54,792 nucleotides of DNA, taken from the NCBI GenBank assembly GCA_045588325.1, contig JAZNEA010000093.1, positions 1 through 54,792 of the forward strand, given 5' to 3'. The translations under genes and the position numbers were made by a program. Source of the stretch: Clostridia bacterium. GTDB taxonomy: Bacteria > Bacillota > Clostridia > RGIG7378. Every line of letters begins with the position of its first letter. Positions within the stretch are counted from its first letter, which is position 1. The notes under the pieces are model-generated. The model was not told the DNA's origin, made no database searches, and saw only the letters and a list, made by a program, of their open reading frames with translations. This document shows positions 1-7,866 of this stretch, piece by piece.

Positions 1-28
1 CAAACTTGTTGAAATTTCAACAAGTTTG
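1..28. promoter_or_regulatory. Perfect 28-bp palindrome, probable MarR operator
   Basis: CAAACTTGTTGAAA/TTTCAACAAGTTTG is an exact inverted repeat 45 bp upstream of the marR ATG; it may extend left of the window. Confidence 0.65.
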
Positions 29-73
29 TGCTATGTTTATCCACGTCACCGGCAAAACCTATGTGGAGAGGCT

Positions 74-511
74 ATGGAAGAGAGATTTGAGACATTTACA
101 GTGCTAATCAACAGGATTAGCAGGAATATTCGCAGGATTAAGAATCAGGAGATGGCGGAGTATGACCTTAAGAGCCCACAGGTCTCATGTCTCTATTATC
201 TGTACAAGTCTGATGGCTTGACAGCTACCGACTTGTGCGAGAGGTGCGAGGAGGACAAGGCCACGATTTCTCGTTCCCTGGAGACCCTGGAACTCAATGG
301 ATATCTGGCACGAGGGCCTAAAGGTGTAAAGAGGTACAAGAGTCCCCTGGTTTTGACAGAAAAGGGTGTCCTAGTGGGCAAAAAGATATCCGACAAAATA
401 GATGGAGTCCTCAGCGAGATTAGCAGCAGGATGACAGAGGAGGAGAGAATCAGGTTTTATACATGCCTCTCAGCAATCAGCGACAGCCTGGAAGAGGTTG
501 CGCAACACTAA
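74..511 (+). CDS. MarR family transcriptional regulator
   Basis: Winged-HTH pattern (LTATDLCERCEEDKATISRSLETLELNGYL...LTEKG); start moved from ORF-track 26 to ATG 74 behind GGAGAG. Confidence 0.9.
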   Translation: MEERFETFTVLINRISRNIRRIKNQEMAEYDLKSPQVSCLYYLYKSDGLTATDLCERCEEDKATISRSLETLELNGYLARGPKGVKRYKSPLVLTEKGVLVGKKISDKIDGVLSEISSRMTEEERIRFYTCLSAISDSLEEVAQH

Positions 512-535
512 TCCGTATACTGCAAAAAGATAAAC

Positions 536-575
536 AAACGCCCCCAATTCTGCTTTTAGAATTAGGGGCGTATTT
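536..575. terminator. Bidirectional intrinsic terminator between convergent marR and the PP2C-like gene
   Basis: Stem CGCCCCCAATTCT / AGAATTAGGGGCG with A/T-rich flanks. Confidence 0.7.
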
Positions 576-602
576 GTATCGTTTTTCACAATGTTGTTCT
601 GG

Positions 603-1412
603 CTACACCTCAAAGACAATGGCACTGGCATCGTCGTGAACCTTAAAGCGCACATTTTCGTTGAGCAGGTTGTCCTGTTCCTCAGCCCGGCGCAACTCAT
701 CGCAGGCCTGGGATAGCGGATAATCCATATCCTCCAGCAGATGATCCACCAGGTCAAATCCGTCGGTAAAGGCCACAATGTGGTGGATGTTCTCCGTAGG
801 CAGGGTGATTACGCTGTCGGGCAGACATGGAGTCATGCCAAAGGACAAAATGCGATATCCAGAGGGGGTGTTCATGTTGCTGCGGTGTAGTGCCAGCATG
901 GATCGAATCTCGGGTGCTTGCACCAATTCGCTGATACTCTTGCCTGTGGATTGACGCATGGTCTCCATGGCGGAGAAAACGCGCTGGTCATAGACAGAGA
1001 CCTCCGGATCATATACGCACAATGGTAGGGCCTGATCCTTAAAATAGATGTTGGCGCAGCAGTCGCCGATGGTCACAATCTGCAAATTGGCTCCATCTGT
1101 GTGGAAGAAAAGTCCCGATGCAGAAGGGAAAAACTTTGGGGCCACAGTGGCGTCGTCCTTGACAGCCTCCTTGAACTCGTCAAACAGCACCTCCAGAGTC
1201 CTGTTGATGGCGTGGCAAATATCCCCGGTGGCGGTGATGGCCTCTGCATACAGGCGGCTAAACCTGTCCACGAACCAGGTTGCATCCAGGCTAGAGGGAG
1301 ATAGGCTGGTGGAGCCGTCCAGAACCAAAACATCCTGGGGACCGTGCCAAATCTTGTCTTCGTTTTTAATCCCGTCGCCAGAATGGCTGAGGAGTTGCAA
1401 AACCTTAATCAT
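603..1412 (-). CDS. PP2C (PPM)-like phosphatase domain protein
   Basis: Metal-binding motifs NED, VLDGST, IGDC, FTDGF and C-terminal HDDAS; ATG overlaps the TIR gene stop (ATGA). Confidence 0.75.
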   Translation of the reverse strand: MIKVLQLLSHSGDGIKNEDKIWHGPQDVLVLDGSTSLSPSSLDATWFVDRFSRLYAEAITATGDICHAINRTLEVLFDEFKEAVKDDATVAPKFFPSASGLFFHTDGANLQIVTIGDCCANIYFKDQALPLCVYDPEVSVYDQRVFSAMETMRQSTGKSISELVQAPEIRSMLALHRSNMNTPSGYRILSFGMTPCLPDSVITLPTENIHHIVAFTDGFDLVDHLLEDMDYPLSQACDELRRAEEQDNLLNENVRFKVHDDASAIVFEV

Positions 1413-2620
1413 CTGTTAGTCTGACGGCGCTGAACCTCTTGGTCCAATCCGCTCATTATCTCCTTAATAGTGTCTATATCTGTCATATCATACTTGAACA
1501 CATGCTGATATCTGTCCAGTTGCATGCTCATACCGGGGCTGAGAGTAGTCTCCTCCAGGAATACGCAAATGGGGGTCTTGCCGTGCTTGATGGCGTGCGA
1601 AATCTCCATACGGACGTAATCCCTGTTAACCGAGGTGGGGGAGATAAAGAACAGCACCTTGGAGCAATCAATAATGCGCTGTGCTATATATTCTGTGAAC
1701 TCTACTGCGCTGGGTATGCCCTTTTTGTCGAACCATAGGCGCACACCACGGTCAGATAGCTTTTGCAAAAGGCTAAAGACAGCGGCCTTGTCATCATGGG
1801 CGTAGCTGACAAAGAGGTACGGGTCGGTGCCGTTGTAGGGAATCAAATCCGTTGACTCCGGCTCCTGTGCGATCTGAACCTGAGGAAGCAAAGACTCCAA
1901 CTGCTGCAGGCGCTCCTGTAGCTGATGGAACTTGGCCGATGATGCGATCATGGCCTTGTGGTACAAGTATGTTGCAATGCGTAGCGCATAGTCGGAGCGG
2001 GAGGAGTTCTCATAGCTGATGGCCTGATTGATGTTGTCCAGGGCCTGAGAATAATTGTGCCTGAAACTCAGTATGCGAGCCTTAGTACAGTAGTACTTGG
2101 CGTAAGAGGGGTCCAGGTCGATGGCCCGGTTTACTGCATCCAAAGCCTTGTCGTACCAATCATCTGCCACGGTGTTATCAGCAGACAGTCCGCCTTTTTC
2201 GCAAACAGATGCAAACACATCGGCAAACAGGTGGACAAAGCCAGCGTTGTCGCTAAACAGGCAGGAATCTTTGTAGGTGGTTCTCAGCAGCTCAGAATAA
2301 CTGTAGAAACCATCGCTCTCAATGTAAAACAGCGCGCGCAGATGGTCAAAAGTAATATGCAGTTCAAAGCGTATGGCGTTGGCCTCAATGAGGTCACTGA
2401 GCTTTTGGTAATCCTTGACGTGGCGGTAGTAGATGTTGAGACAATAGAATGCGTTGTAGCATGTGTCGCCGGGGTAAATGCCATCCACAACCTCCAGCAG
2501 TAGTCGCTCCAGCTCGGAGGAGCCGTTGGACATGACAAACTTGGTGGCACCCAGCTCATATTGGCGAGTGCGCTCATTGGGAAGACTCTCTAAAAATTGT
2601 AAAAGCTCAGTCAAGCACAT
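1409..2620 (-). CDS. TPR-like helical N-terminus + C-terminal TIR (TIR_2) domain protein
   Basis: TIR motifs YLFVSYAHDD, VRLWFD, FFISPTSV and RMEISHA (candidate catalytic Glu); TPR-like ALDAVNRAIDLDPSYAKYYCTKARIL; ATG 2620 follows AGGAGG. Confidence 0.85.
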   Translation of the reverse strand: MCLTELLQFLESLPNERTRQYELGATKFVMSNGSSELERLLLEVVDGIYPGDTCYNAFYCLNIYYRHVKDYQKLSDLIEANAIRFELHITFDHLRALFYIESDGFYSYSELLRTTYKDSCLFSDNAGFVHLFADVFASVCEKGGLSADNTVADDWYDKALDAVNRAIDLDPSYAKYYCTKARILSFRHNYSQALDNINQAISYENSSRSDYALRIATYLYHKAMIASSAKFHQLQERLQQLESLLPQVQIAQEPESTDLIPYNGTDPYLFVSYAHDDKAAVFSLLQKLSDRGVRLWFDKKGIPSAVEFTEYIAQRIIDCSKVLFFISPTSVNRDYVRMEISHAIKHGKTPICVFLEETTLSPGMSMQLDRYQHVFKYDMTDIDTIKEIMSGLDQEVQRRQTNR

Positions 2621-2643
2621 AGGGAACACCTCCTGTTCACCAA

Positions 2644-3858
2644 TTACTTTACCAAATTCAGTACGATGTTTTCAACCACCTGACAGGCCTTGTCCAGGGA
2701 CTCGATGGGCAAAAATTCAAAGCGTGAGTGGAAGTTCTCGCCGCCTGTAAACAGGTTGGGGCAAGGCAGACCCTCGTAAGAAAGGCGTGCGCCGTCGGTG
2801 CCTCCGCGGATGGGCTGGATCAGGGGAGTGATGCCGGCCTGCTCCATGGCCTCCACAGCGCGATCAATAATGTACATGTGGTCGGCAATCTTCTCTCTCA
2901 TGTTGTAATAGGAGTCGGCGATTGTCACCTTGCAGGTGCCGGGGCCATACTTTGCGTTAATCTTGTTGGCGCACTCTGCAAACAGTGCCTTTTTGGCCTG
3001 GAATTTATCCATATGATGATCTCGGATAATGTATGATGCCTTGGCGTGCTCGGTGGCTCCGCTAATGCCGGTGAGGTGGAAGAATCCCTGATAGCCCTCT
3101 GTGGTAGAGGGTGTCTGGTCAGCTGGCAACATGGAGGCAAACTCTGTGGCAACCAATGCGGCGTTAATCATCTTGTCCTTGGCAGAACCGGGGTGAATAG
3201 AAACGCCGGCGAATTCTGCCACCGCAGAAGCACCGTTAAAGTTCTCGTATTCCAGCTCGCCCACTGCTCCGCCGTCTACGGTGTAGGCATACTGGCAGCC
3301 AAACCCCTGCACATCGAAAAGGTCTGCACCTCTGCCAATCTCCTCGTCGGGGGTAAAGCCGATGCGCACCTTGCCGTGAGGCTTGCCGGATCTAATGATG
3401 TTCTCAATAGCAGTGATAATTGCGGCAATGCCGGCCTTGTCGTCCGCTCCTAGCAGTGTGGTGCCGTCGGTAACAATAAGGTGGTTGCCCACGTACTTGG
3501 ACAGGCAGGGGTAGTCCTTCTCCCTGAGATAGATGCCCCTGTCCTCGTTGAGCAGGATGTCCTCGCCAAAATACTCCACAATGGATGTGTGGATGGGGTA
3601 GTCAGCTGCCTCGTCGGAGGTGTCCATGTGGGCGATGAGACCGATGGTGGGGGCATCTGTGTCACAGTTGGCCTCCAAAGTGGCGTACAGATAGCCGTTG
3701 GCATCCAGAGTCACCTCTGTAAGGCCCAGCTCCTGCAGCTCAGCAACCAGATATTTGCCTAACTCCAGCTGCTTGGCAGTGGAGGGGCAGGTGGTGCTTG
3801 TCTCGTCGGACATGGTTGGAAAAGATACATATTTTAAAAATCTCTCGTATGCTTTCAT
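2644..3858 (-). CDS. pepT: Peptidase T (tripeptide aminopeptidase, M20B)
   Basis: AHMDTS, LGADDKAG, FTPDEEIGRG, YTVDGG, IRGGTDGARLS, HSRFEF motifs. Confidence 0.95.
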   Translation of the reverse strand: MKAYERFLKYVSFPTMSDETSTTCPSTAKQLELGKYLVAELQELGLTEVTLDANGYLYATLEANCDTDAPTIGLIAHMDTSDEAADYPIHTSIVEYFGEDILLNEDRGIYLREKDYPCLSKYVGNHLIVTDGTTLLGADDKAGIAAIITAIENIIRSGKPHGKVRIGFTPDEEIGRGADLFDVQGFGCQYAYTVDGGAVGELEYENFNGASAVAEFAGVSIHPGSAKDKMINAALVATEFASMLPADQTPSTTEGYQGFFHLTGISGATEHAKASYIIRDHHMDKFQAKKALFAECANKINAKYGPGTCKVTIADSYYNMREKIADHMYIIDRAVEAMEQAGITPLIQPIRGGTDGARLSYEGLPCPNLFTGGENFHSRFEFLPIESLDKACQVVENIVLNLVK

Positions 3859-3882
3859 AGTTCCTCCGTTAGTGGAAATGGG

Positions 3883-5001
3883 TTATACCTCAGAATAATT
3901 GCCCAGGAAGTGGAAACTCCTGCATGTGCGCTGCAGCTGCTCCAACATGGGGATAACACAAGGGTCCTCTACGGATGCGTCCAGGTCCACCAGGAAGATG
4001 AACTCAAAGTTCCTGCCGGAAATGGGGCAGCTCTCCAGCTTGGTCATGTTGATACCCAGGTTGGAGAAAAGGGAAAGGGTGTCATGCAGGGCGCCGGGCT
4101 TGTTATCCAGGGCCAGAACAAGGCTGATCTTGTTGCTGCCGGGGTAGATCTCGGGGCGCTTGGAAATGCAAATAAAGCGTGTGTAATTGTTGTCGTTATT
4201 CTGAATATCTGAGGCCAGTGTTTCCAGGTGATACAGGTCAGCGCAAACAGGGGCACAAATGGCGGCAATATGGTTGTCGGGGCAGTCGGCCACTATCTTA
4301 GCAGCAACAGCTGTGTTGGCACATGAATGCAGCGTTACGCCGGGGAGCTTGGACAAATATGCGGAGCACTGTCCCAGAGCCTGCTCATGGGAATAAACCT
4401 CGGTAATGTCGCTTAGCTTAGTGCCGGGCTTGACCAACAGCTGGTGACGAATGCAGAGTCTGGTGCTGCGAACGATAGAGCAATTCTTCTGCTGCAGGAG
4501 CTCGTATACAGCACGGACAGAACCGTTAGTGCTGTTTTCGATGGGTACTACGCCATACTGGCAAAGGCCTGACTCAACTGCAGAGAAAACTGCATCGAAG
4601 GTCTTGACATACATAATGTGGCCTCTGGGGAACAGCTGGTCACAGGCGGCCTGGCTGTTGCCACCCTCTACGCCCTGGCAGGCGATGACAGCAGACTGGG
4701 GGAAGACCTTGCCAGCGTTGCTAAGGGAACCCTCCAACTTGCCACGGAGCTCAGAGTGACCAGAGGTCAGCTCAGACTCGCGAATGTCGGTCAGTTCCAG
4801 CATGTTCTCAAAAAATCGATATACATATCTCTCCATATCTCCGGACTGCTCACAAACGCGCCTCAAAATCTCGCGGTTGCGGGCCTTGGTCTCAACGGTG
4901 GAGTCTGCATTGCCGGCAGACAGGGACAGCCTCTGCAGGAACAACTCCAGCAGCTGGTCGTCCAAATTATTAATAGCATTGTGCAAATTGTTGTCTGACA
5001 T
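3883..5001 (-). CDS. pheA: Prephenate dehydratase with ACT domain and a degenerate N-terminal chorismate mutase-like domain
   Basis: VVPIENSTNGSV, SHEQALGQC, NYTRF, KPGAL and MTKLESCP motifs. Confidence 0.9.
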   Translation of the reverse strand: MSDNNLHNAINNLDDQLLELFLQRLSLSAGNADSTVETKARNREILRRVCEQSGDMERYVYRFFENMLELTDIRESELTSGHSELRGKLEGSLSNAGKVFPQSAVIACQGVEGGNSQAACDQLFPRGHIMYVKTFDAVFSAVESGLCQYGVVPIENSTNGSVRAVYELLQQKNCSIVRSTRLCIRHQLLVKPGTKLSDITEVYSHEQALGQCSAYLSKLPGVTLHSCANTAVAAKIVADCPDNHIAAICAPVCADLYHLETLASDIQNNDNNYTRFICISKRPEIYPGSNKISLVLALDNKPGALHDTLSLFSNLGINMTKLESCPISGRNFEFIFLVDLDASVEDPCVIPMLEQLQRTCRSFHFLGNYSEV

Positions 5002-5091
5002 ATATACCTCTTATTTTACGGGGCGATCCCCCAAATTTACTGTAAAGTAGAGTTAATTTTATTCTTATATATATAAAAACGCAATAGCGTG

Positions 5092-5120
5092 TTGACGGAG
5101 GATGCAGGGAAAAGTATATT
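5092..5120 (+). promoter_or_regulatory. Sigma-70-type promoter for the GH1 gene
   Basis: TTGACG-17 bp-TATATT. Confidence 0.55.
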
Positions 5121-5152
5121 TTGGATATAGACATAGAAAACGAGGAGGAAAC

Positions 5153-6472
5153 ATGAGCTTTTCTAAGGATTTTTTGTGGGGAGCAGCCACTGCTTCTGCT
5201 CAGATTGAGGGTGCCTGGGATCAGGACGGCAAGGGGCCTAGTATTTGGGACGTGCTGTACCCCGGACATACGCGCAACAACGAGCATCCTCACGAGGCCT
5301 GCGACCATTACCACCACTACAAAGAGGACGTGGCCTTGATGAAGGAAATGGGCCTCAAGGCGTACCGCTTTTCCATTAGTTGGCCCAGGGTCATTCCAGA
5401 GGGAACAGGCCCGGTAAACCAAGAGGGCTTGCAGTTTTACAAAAATTTGACCGCCGAACTTAAGGCTGCCGGAATAGAACCAATTGTAACTCTGTATCAC
5501 TGGGACTTGCCCTACGCACTGCACATCAAGGGTGGATGGAACAATCCTGAGATAGTGGACTGGTTCGCCGAATATACGAGGGTTGTCGTGGAGGCCCTGT
5601 CAGAAGATGTTAAATACTGGCTCACGTTTAACGAGCCTCAGTGCTTTATCGGCATCAGCTATGTGGGAGGGGAGCATGCGCCCTTCTATAACGACCCACT
5701 GGCATTGCCAGGACTCACAAGGAATGTGCTGTTTGCCCACGCCAGAGCAGTAAAGACAATTCGCCAATATGCTAAGCAACCGCCCTTGGTGGGATATGCA
5801 CCTACAGGAACCATATTTGAACCTGCAGAGGAGACCCCGGAGGGCATCGAAAAGGCCAGGCAGGCAACATTTGCCACAGGTCATAGCTTTACGGTAAGTT
5901 GGTGGTGTGACCCTGTTTTGTTGGGTAAGAATGCGCCTCCCTGCCAGGGATGTCCTGTGTTCACGGAAGAGGAGTTGGCAGAACTTAATCAGCCCCTGGA
6001 TTTCCTGGGCTACAATGTGTATCAGGCCGCAGGAATGCATGTGGATGGCAGCAACTATTCATCCAATGCCTGGGTAGGATCTCCTTTGACTACAATGGAC
6101 TGGGGAGTGACACCCAACGCCCTGTACTGGACGGTCAGGTTTCTCAGCGAAAGGTATGGAAAGTCCATTCTCATTACGGAGAACGGCATGGCAAATACAG
6201 ACTGGATCATGTTGGATGGAGCAGTTCACGATCCACAGAGAATAGACTTTATGCATAGATACCTGCTGACGGCCAAGAGAGCTGTGGAGGAGGGCTATCC
6301 TATGATGGGCTATTTGTACTGGTCATTTATGGATAACTACGAATGGGCCTGGGGATATGGACGCAGATTCGGCCTGGTTTATGTGGATTACCCCACTCAG
6401 AGACGCGTGGTCAAAGACTCCGGACACTGGTATAAGAAGGTAATCGAGAGCAATGGAGAAATGCTAAGTTAA
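5153..6472 (+). CDS. Beta-glucosidase, glycoside hydrolase family 1
   Basis: FLWGAATASAQIEG, TLYHWDLP, catalytic TFNEP and ITENG, WSFMDNYEWAWG; ATG 5153 behind GAGGAGG. Confidence 0.95.
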   Translation: MSFSKDFLWGAATASAQIEGAWDQDGKGPSIWDVLYPGHTRNNEHPHEACDHYHHYKEDVALMKEMGLKAYRFSISWPRVIPEGTGPVNQEGLQFYKNLTAELKAAGIEPIVTLYHWDLPYALHIKGGWNNPEIVDWFAEYTRVVVEALSEDVKYWLTFNEPQCFIGISYVGGEHAPFYNDPLALPGLTRNVLFAHARAVKTIRQYAKQPPLVGYAPTGTIFEPAEETPEGIEKARQATFATGHSFTVSWWCDPVLLGKNAPPCQGCPVFTEEELAELNQPLDFLGYNVYQAAGMHVDGSNYSSNAWVGSPLTTMDWGVTPNALYWTVRFLSERYGKSILITENGMANTDWIMLDGAVHDPQRIDFMHRYLLTAKRAVEEGYPMMGYLYWSFMDNYEWAWGYGRRFGLVYVDYPTQRRVVKDSGHWYKKVIESNGEMLS

Positions 6473-6645
6473 AAGTGAAAAGTGAAGAGTGAAAAGTTCA
6501 GTTAAGAGATAAGAGTGAAGAGTGAAAAGTTCAGTTAAGAGATAAGAGTGAAGAGTGAATAAAGTTGGTTAGTGAAAAGTTGGAAGTTGACTAATTCTAC
6601 ACTTGCCAACTTTGTTATCTCTTAACTCTTAGTTATTAGCTGAAC
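6471..6645. repeat. Heptamer-built inverted-repeat element, copy 1
   Basis: Left arm of AAGAGTG/AAAAGTG/AAGAGAT/AAAAGTT units, core AAAGTTGGTTAG...GCCAACTTT, right arm TTATCTCTTAACTCTTAGTT. Confidence 0.85.
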
Positions 6646-6669
6646 CTAACATGAGAATATTAAGAAAAT

Positions 6670-6698
6670 AAAAAAGCACTCGTTTTCACAAGTGCTTT
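6670..6698 (-). terminator. Intrinsic terminator after tRNA-Ala
   Basis: AAAAGCACT...AGTGCTTTT stem with a U tract on the minus strand. Confidence 0.75.
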
Positions 6699-6774
6699 TG
6701 GTGGAGATTAGGGGAATCGAACCCCTTACCTCCTGCGTGCAAAGCAGGCGCTCTACCAGGTGAGCTAAACCCCC
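6699..6774 (-). tRNA. tRNA-Ala(TGC)
   Basis: Full cloverleaf GGGGGTTTAGCTCA...CCTGC-TTTGCAC-GCAGG...TTCGATT...CTCCACCA; G3:U70 pair; CCA encoded. Confidence 0.95.
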
Positions 6775-6806
6775 ATAAATTGTAGCCATCTCGCGACAGC
6801 TTGGTC

Positions 6807-6835
6807 ATTATAGCACAGCATTTTTTTGAATGCAA
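6807..6835 (-). promoter_or_regulatory. Sigma-70-type promoter of tRNA-Ala
   Basis: TTGCAT-17 bp-TATAAT on the minus strand. Confidence 0.7.
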
Positions 6836-6870
6836 CACCCTAATTTTATATTTTTATAATCAGATTGCAA

Positions 6871-6910
6871 AAGAAAGGTCCACCCCTGTTGCTAGGAGGT
6901 GGAATTTCTT
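6871..6910 (-). terminator. Probable terminator of the ZIP transporter gene
   Basis: Imperfect stem CCACCTCCTAG/CAGGGGTGG followed by CTTTCTTTT on the minus strand. Confidence 0.5.
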
Positions 6911-6936
6911 TTAAATGAGCCGTGGCATGTCGCGAT

Positions 6937-7734
6937 TTACCCCAGCAGGGTGTCCAGCAACATCATAGCAGCAAACCCAAGGGTTACGCCTACGGTTCCC
7001 ATATACGAATGGGGCCTGGCCTGAGCCTGAGGGATTAGTTCCTCGGCGACCACGTAGATCATGGCGCCTGCGGCAAATGCCAATATGTAGGGCAGAGCAG
7101 GTGCAATCAGCCAAGTCAGCACCAAAGTGACCACAGCCCCTATGGGTTCTACGATCCCTGACAAAACGCCCATCAGGAAACCTCGCCATTTGCCCTTTCC
7201 CGCAGCAGCTAATGGCATTGAAATAATAGCCCCCTCCGGGAAGTTTTGCACAGATATGCCGATGACAAGAGACATGGCCGCAGCTGTGGTGACGGCATCC
7301 CCGCGAATCAGCCCTGCCAGAGTTACGCCAACAGCCATTCCTTCTGGCAGATTGTGCAGGGTCACAGCCAGCATAACCATGTTGTTCTTACTGGCCTGAG
7401 GCCTGCCGTCCGACAAACAATAGCGTCGCTCCAGTTTGCGGATCAGCACGTCTAATACCAGCAGGAATAGAGCTCCGGCCAGGAATCCTGTAACCGCCGG
7501 GATACTGGGCACCACTCCGGCCTCTTCTGCCATTTCCAGTGCTGGCAACAGCAGAGACCAAACGGATGCAGCAATCATAACACCAGCGGCAAAGCCTGAC
7601 AGGGTCTTGTTGAGAATATGGTTTAGGGAGCTCTTGAGAAAAAGCGCCATGGCTGATCCCAGGATGGTTCCAATCCAGGGTAAAAATATGCCCAGGATAA
7701 CAACAAAATCTTCCTTCATCTTACCTCGCGCCAC
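6937..7734 (-). CDS. ZIP family divalent metal transporter (ZupT/GufA-like)
   Basis: GFAAGVMIAAS, TLHNLPEGMAVG, QNFPEG, AFAAGAMIYVVAEELIP; start may be 7719. Confidence 0.92.
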   Translation of the reverse strand: MARGKMKEDFVVILGIFLPWIGTILGSAMALFLKSSLNHILNKTLSGFAAGVMIAASVWSLLLPALEMAEEAGVVPSIPAVTGFLAGALFLLVLDVLIRKLERRYCLSDGRPQASKNNMVMLAVTLHNLPEGMAVGVTLAGLIRGDAVTTAAAMSLVIGISVQNFPEGAIISMPLAAAGKGKWRGFLMGVLSGIVEPIGAVVTLVLTWLIAPALPYILAFAAGAMIYVVAEELIPQAQARPHSYMGTVGVTLGFAAMMLLDTLLG

Positions 7735-7791
7735 GAGGCGCAGTATGTGTCTGCTTTAAACTATGCATATCCGGCAGATTGTGACAATAAT

Positions 7792-7818
7792 AAAAGAGGA
7801 CTCATTTCTGAGTCCTCT
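7792..7818 (-). terminator. Terminator of the sugar ABC ATPase gene
   Basis: AGAGGACTCA-TTTC-TGAGTCCTCT stem with a U tract on the minus strand. Confidence 0.75.
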
Positions 7819-7866
7819 CTATCTGTATTTGTTCCCTTTAAAAATGCTACTGATCTGAAAATTTGC

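Noticed and set aside
5002-5152. T-box or attenuator upstream of pheA
   Set aside because: The gap is short, shared with the divergent GH1 promoter, and has no T-box motif or terminator
6485-6557. 33-bp direct repeats as a mini CRISPR array
   Set aside because: Units are head to tail with no spacers, are built from heptamers, and no cas genes are present
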